A DNA stretch of 11,086 nt from Candidatus Micrarchaeia archaeon (GTDB taxonomy: Archaea; Micrarchaeota; Micrarchaeia; Anstonellales; Bilamarchaeaceae), in assembly GCA_046538155.1 (NCBI GenBank), contig JBKHJL010000032.1, positions 1 to 11,086 of the forward strand, given 5' to 3'. Both the position numbers and the translations under genes were made by a program. This document shows positions 6,678 to 11,086 of the stretch, one piece after another; position 1 is the first letter of the stretch; every line of letters starts with the position of its first letter. The notes under the pieces are model-generated. The model made no database searches and was not told where the DNA came from. It saw only the letters and a program-made list of their open reading frames with translations.

Positions 6678-9065
6678 TTATTGCTCCTGCTGTTCGGGCT
6701 CTTCTGTTTCTACTTCATCTCCATGGCTTTCCATGTAATCTATAAGATTTGCCCGGTGGGCATCCGCATCATATTTCTCACAATCAAGCAATGCCTTGTA
6801 TGCACCGAGTAAGCGAAGGCCGTACTTTCCAGCCTGCTGGTTGGAAAGAGTCGGGAGCTTGCAGGACTGGTAGTAGTTTATGAAATTTTCCACTCCGCAG
6901 CAGTTATTGCTTTTTGCTGTTCCATCCTGGTTGCAGCATGGGTTGGAACCAGCAGCCACTGAACAATAATCATCATCTATGCCAGCCTGTGTAGAATACT
7001 CATAAATCCAAGAATCCACATTATTATGGAAAGCAGAAAATCCGGAATAATAGTAGGAAGATATGAAAATTACATATGCATTCTTGAGATTAGTATACTC
7101 AGGACTGTCCTCCCCATACTCGCTCTTCAAATAAGTGAGGCCAAGCCCGGCCTCATTGGAATTCACCATGTTTTTCCCGTACCGGAGCTTGTCCAGAATT
7201 ATTGCAGTGCCAAGGCAGGCATTATGGGCCTTGTTAAAGGGATTGAACTCATAGTTTCCGCACCAATCTGCCTGGTCCCGGTAATCATCACTTCCACCAT
7301 CATCCCATTGGATATATGGGTAAGTATGGACCTGCATTATCCCAAGAGAATGGAACTCCTTCCCCTGGGGCGCGGACTGAGTGCAGATTCCCGCAGGGTC
7401 CTCAACCTGGGGGAGACAGCCAGTACACTGGGAAGCTGGGAGCTGGGAAGCGGCACACATATCCCCTCCCGGGCCCTCTTCGGGATTGGAAAGCCCTGTT
7501 TCTCCATGTGCAAATGCCCGGGTAAGAACAGGGTCAAGATCCCGCAGGTCGGAATAGATATCCAGCTCGGGGTAAATTTCGCACTGGCTGTAGAGGTCAT
7601 CAGAAGTGTCAATATTGGGGACATATCCGCCAAGGTCTATCTCCGAAGGCATACTGGTGATGAGCTGCCCGTTGCAGCGGAAAAAAGTTTCCGATGGCTC
7701 AACAGGATTGTCAAGCAGCTCATCCATATCAGGAGAACTTCCCATATAACGCTCAGTGAGCTGGTATAACTTCATGTTTTCAGCATAAGAGCAGTCTGCA
7801 CACTGAGAGGGAGAAAACACTATTGGGGAGAGCCCCCATCCGGTATAGTATACCTGGCATAAGGAAAACCACATCGTGTGCTCAGGATAAATAGTGCCGT
7901 TTATGCTCATCAGGCCGCAATCTTCACAGGCAAGCGGTCCTGTATCAAGGCCATAGAGAGAATAGGGGGCAACTCCAAGGACACCCGCGCTGATTAAAGA
8001 GGGGATGCTCTTGTACATCTGCCCGTATGTTTTGGTTATCTCATCAGGGCTCCAGATACAATAATTAGCTGCTGAATACTCCTGGGTATTGGGCTGGTTT
8101 GAATCAAGAAGTACATACGCCCAGATAGTCGGCTTTCCATACTCCTCCATTGAATAGCGGGAATACTTCAAGGCGTCCCAGAGCAGGGAGGCGCCAGCGC
8201 AGTTGCGGGAATGGTGTGAATTAACTCCTACCGCAACAAGGTCTATTTTGCTGCGGGCTTCCTGGGCATTGTTGGATTCGTTGAAAATATACTGGAGAGC
8301 ATCATAACTGTCGTTATAACTCCCATACTCTGCACTGTAATTAAAGCTGGGGGCAATCGCAATAAGGCAGTCGGGGCACTCATCCTTCATCGCTATTGCC
8401 TGCTCAACAGCCCTGTCCATCTGGGAAAGATTAGAGGCATCAAAATCAAATTCAGAAGTGAGTATTACCGGACCGGATTCTTCAAACTGGCTTGCAATCA
8501 GGGCGGCGCGCCTTACATCAATTGCTTTGCCTTCGCTATAAAGCAGGTACATGGGAAGAATATCCTTATCAAGAAAACATTCCCCTCTCTGAGCCTGGGG
8601 GAGGGGGTATTCAAGCCCTTCGGAAGAAGCAAGCCAGCGCACTGAAAAGCGGAGGGAATTGTTGCAAAATCGTGTGGCATCGGCAAATTCTGCAAAATTG
8701 GAACCCTGGCCAAGCATGAAAAAACGCACCCTATCCGGGCCGAAAATATCGCTGAACCAGAAAAATTCTCCGGAAATGTCCAGGAATTTTTCTTCAGTGC
8801 AGTTGGTTTGAAAATAACACTCTCCGCCTTCAAGGTCCATGCTGTAGAACTGATTGAAGGGATTGATAAGCTGAAAGCCACTGTTCTCACAGACCATGCA
8901 GACGCAGCTTTCATCAGTTGCCTCGCACTTGTAATCCGGATTATTCAGGTCCAGTGCTTCTGAGCGGTTTATCTCCGCTGCCTCCTCTGCATAATAATCA
9001 TCCATTGATGAACATCCCGCGACGAGCAACAACAGAACCAGCAGGAACATCTGTTCTTTTCTCAT
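6678..9065 (-). CDS. Cys-rich surface lipoprotein, 795 aa: N-terminal glycoside-hydrolase-like TIM barrel plus C-terminal lytic transglycosylase (SLT/GH23, lysozyme-like) domain
   Basis: Signal peptide MRKEQMFLLVLLLLVAG-C18 with a VAGC lipobox. SLT-like motifs appear in canonical order: DLDPVLTRAFAHGE522TG, SLG575IMQV, FNPFNKAHNACLG619TAIIL, SSYYYSG675 and KYGLRLLGAY. Residues ~110-375 show a beta/alpha alternation with IDLVAVGVN and YGKPTIW. The protein is acidic, with 33 Cys and 8 N-x-S/T sequons. Confidence 0.8.
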   Translation of the reverse strand: MRKEQMFLLVLLLLVAGCSSMDDYYAEEAAEINRSEALDLNNPDYKCEATDESCVCMVCENSGFQLINPFNQFYSMDLEGGECYFQTNCTEEKFLDISGEFFWFSDIFGPDRVRFFMLGQGSNFAEFADATRFCNNSLRFSVRWLASSEGLEYPLPQAQRGECFLDKDILPMYLLYSEGKAIDVRRAALIASQFEESGPVILTSEFDFDASNLSQMDRAVEQAIAMKDECPDCLIAIAPSFNYSAEYGSYNDSYDALQYIFNESNNAQEARSKIDLVAVGVNSHHSRNCAGASLLWDALKYSRYSMEEYGKPTIWAYVLLDSNQPNTQEYSAANYCIWSPDEITKTYGQMYKSIPSLISAGVLGVAPYSLYGLDTGPLACEDCGLMSINGTIYPEHTMWFSLCQVYYTGWGLSPIVFSPSQCADCSYAENMKLYQLTERYMGSSPDMDELLDNPVEPSETFFRCNGQLITSMPSEIDLGGYVPNIDTSDDLYSQCEIYPELDIYSDLRDLDPVLTRAFAHGETGLSNPEEGPGGDMCAASQLPASQCTGCLPQVEDPAGICTQSAPQGKEFHSLGIMQVHTYPYIQWDDGGSDDYRDQADWCGNYEFNPFNKAHNACLGTAIILDKLRYGKNMVNSNEAGLGLTYLKSEYGEDSPEYTNLKNAYVIFISSYYYSGFSAFHNNVDSWIYEYSTQAGIDDDYCSVAAGSNPCCNQDGTAKSNNCCGVENFINYYQSCKLPTLSNQQAGKYGLRLLGAYKALLDCEKYDADAHRANLIDYMESHGDEVETEEPEQQEQ

Positions 9066-11086
9066 GCTTCTCTACCCCACCTTTTATCCCACCTTGCCTT
9101 CGTGGTCTCCATGAATCCGGAAGTGCCATATCCATGTGGCTTTCCCATGTAATAGTTGTCACCTGCAAGATTATCCTTTAGAATGTTGCGCTGAATCCCG
9201 TGAGTACATGTGTGGTTTATATCCGGAGAAACAACCTGTCCGCAGTAAGCGCATCTGACCTTTTTGCTGCATGCAGGGCAGGTTCCGCCCTCAGGCATCC
9301 GGGTTCCGCAGGTGGGGCAGTATCGGAAATTCTTTGCAAAAACAGTATCAATTGCTTTGCGCTTCAGGACTTCTCCTACTGCTTCCCCTGACCTCATGAA
9401 CATTGCTTTGGCACCATGCTTTACCTGCCCTCCCCGGGTTGTGGCACTTGTGGCTCCCCTCTCCCGGAAAAAGGAGCTTGCCTTGGAAACTGCTCTGCCA
9501 ACCCTTGCAAGCTGTGCTTTTGCCTGATAACCAAAAAAGGTTGCCGGGTTCATAAAGCGAAACAGAGTATTCTGGGGAAATTTATAATGCCTGAGCTCAG
9601 CGCTGCGGTCCATCATAAGTGAGAAGGGATCTACCTCTCTCTTGAAAAGCCCGAGATGCGTCTGCTTACGGACATACTGGTCATAATCCATGAACGGGCG
9701 AAAGCGGGACTCATAGCGGAGGTGGTTTGCCGTCCTGGGGTCCATCCTGAGATTAAAGCTGAAATCAACATAAGTGGCACCGGGGTTGCCGTTCCCCCAT
9801 ATGGTGTTCACACCTGCCTGATACATCCAGGAATCCTCATGTGCTCTCACTACCCCTGTCATCATTTCAGTCCCACCATAATGCTTCTTGACCATCGGGC
9901 CTCCAAAAGCCTTTACCAGCATGCTCCTTGCATTTCCGGGGGAAACATAATAGGGATTGGAATCTGAGCGGTTAAGCAGAGGTGTGCCGTTGCCAAGAAT
10001 CCTGGACTGGACAAAGCGGGAGGGAATATATGCAAGCGGGGAAAGGGGAGAAGCTGCGGCAACCGCGGCCATTCTCTTCCAGTTTGTGGAAGTCGGATCA
10101 AAAGAAGAATAAAACCAGTTCAGCATAGAAGCCCTTGCCTCTGCCCGGCGGGGCTGTGTCTGTGAATATGGGTGGAGAATGTCACGCTGCAAATCAAATG
10201 CGGGCATTTCCGGCTTTATGGTGCGGAGCTGGCGTTCTGCTTCTGCACAGGCCTGTTCCGTTGTAAGATGCTTTTCTCCATGCTGGAGAGTCTTCATCAT
10301 CTCTTCAAACCTGGCATTATAATAATCCATCTGCTTTTCATACTGCCTTGTGGCCTCCTCCCTGAACTGCGCGGGCTTTCCTTCATAAACCGGAGCCTGC
10401 CTGTACTGCCGATCATACTTACTCATGAATCCCCAGCTGGAAGTAAGATAAGTACGGTATGCAAGACCGAAGGGAGTACCTATTGCCCAGTTGAAAATCT
10501 GTGGGGCCCATTGAATGCCCCACATCCTTTCCCTTATATTTGCCTTGAAACCCTCCCAGGTCGTCCAGGGCTGGGAACCTGCAGAACTCCAGCGCTGGTA
10601 GGCTCCGGGACCGTACGACATTGCCGGCCCGTGGTGGAAGAAAGCAGAATATATAAATGGGCTTCCTATCGCAGAAGTGCTGCCCCTCGGATCCCTGGTA
10701 ATCGTCTCATCCCATAGGGCGTGGTAGCGGTTAAACGTTTCACTGAGGTTGGTATATGCCCGTATTGCCGGGTCGGAATCGGACCTGATATCCGGACGGG
10801 TGAATTCTCCTGAAGCAAGCTTCAGGCTAAACTTGGAGCCAGATTCCCTGAAATAGTTTGAAATTGTGCTGCCTTCATATTCCGTCTTCATCTGCTGGCC
10901 AAAAGTGGAAAGCAGGAACTTTTCAAAACCAAGATTTGCCTTGTTGGTGATTGGGTCCCAGTGTTTTCTCCCCATGTTCCAAATATTCTTGAACCATCCC
11001 CTAACCCCTCCTACCTTCTCATAATCCTCAACCTTGCCTGCGTATACCTCAGAAGAGCGGGTTGCGGGGGTTCCAAACTTTATTGC
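9062..11086 (-). CDS. Large hypothetical protein, 5'-truncated by the window (>=674 aa visible), with a C-terminal double/triple zinc ribbon
   Basis: The frame stays open for all 37 codons upstream of the listed ATG at 10975 to the window edge (AIKFGTPATRSSEVYAGKVEDYEKVGGVRGWFKNIWN-MGRK...). The C-terminus has CPTCG...CPAC...CAYCG...HTCTH (nt ~9200-9319). Its TGA overlaps the lipoprotein ATG. Confidence 0.85.
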   Translation of the reverse strand, partial: AIKFGTPATRSSEVYAGKVEDYEKVGGVRGWFKNIWNMGRKHWDPITNKANLGFEKFLLSTFGQQMKTEYEGSTISNYFRESGSKFSLKLASGEFTRPDIRSDSDPAIRAYTNLSETFNRYHALWDETITRDPRGSTSAIGSPFIYSAFFHHGPAMSYGPGAYQRWSSAGSQPWTTWEGFKANIRERMWGIQWAPQIFNWAIGTPFGLAYRTYLTSSWGFMSKYDRQYRQAPVYEGKPAQFREEATRQYEKQMDYYNARFEEMMKTLQHGEKHLTTEQACAEAERQLRTIKPEMPAFDLQRDILHPYSQTQPRRAEARASMLNWFYSSFDPTSTNWKRMAAVAAASPLSPLAYIPSRFVQSRILGNGTPLLNRSDSNPYYVSPGNARSMLVKAFGGPMVKKHYGGTEMMTGVVRAHEDSWMYQAGVNTIWGNGNPGATYVDFSFNLRMDPRTANHLRYESRFRPFMDYDQYVRKQTHLGLFKREVDPFSLMMDRSAELRHYKFPQNTLFRFMNPATFFGYQAKAQLARVGRAVSKASSFFRERGATSATTRGGQVKHGAKAMFMRSGEAVGEVLKRKAIDTVFAKNFRYCPTCGTRMPEGGTCPACSKKVRCAYCGQVVSPDINHTCTHGIQRNILKDNLAGDNYYMGKPHGYGTSGFMETTKARWDKRWGREA

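Noticed and set aside
7026..10717. Plus-strand ORFs such as 7026-7769 (247 aa) and 10172-10717 (181 aa)
   Set aside because: They lie entirely antisense to long, motif-bearing minus-strand genes and have no recognisable features or translation signals.
10973..10975. ATG at 10975 as the true start of the large ORF
   Set aside because: The frame is open upstream to the window edge with coding-like sequence and no intergenic or TATA region, so it is probably an internal Met.

Overview
This is an archaeal chromosomal segment; placement in a DPANN-type (Micrarchaeota-like) lineage is my inference from gene content and was not tested. It starts with an exact 2 x 54-bp hairpin-forming tandem duplication (1-108), followed by a minus-strand orphan GNAT-like gene and a divergent TATA/BRE promoter region. 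A tightly packed plus-strand operon follows: HEAT-repeat protein, KH-domain Dim2/Pno1-type RNA-processing protein, topoisomerase VI B, topoisomerase VI A, DUF530-like protein, and DUF1699-like HTH protein. Converging on it is a minus-strand pair with an ATGA overlap. One gene is the C-terminal >=674 aa of a large unknown protein, open to the window edge and ending in a multi-zinc-ribbon. The other is a 795-aa Cys-rich lipoprotein that appears to fuse a degenerate glycoside-hydrolase TIM barrel to a lytic transglycosylase (SLT/GH23-like) domain with the catalytic Glu in place. A surface-anchored murein-type enzyme coupled to a large protein, in a cell that makes no murein, is the most interesting signal: a candidate host-attachment, wall-breaching or secretion system. 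All domain calls are motif recognition by eye; no searches were run.
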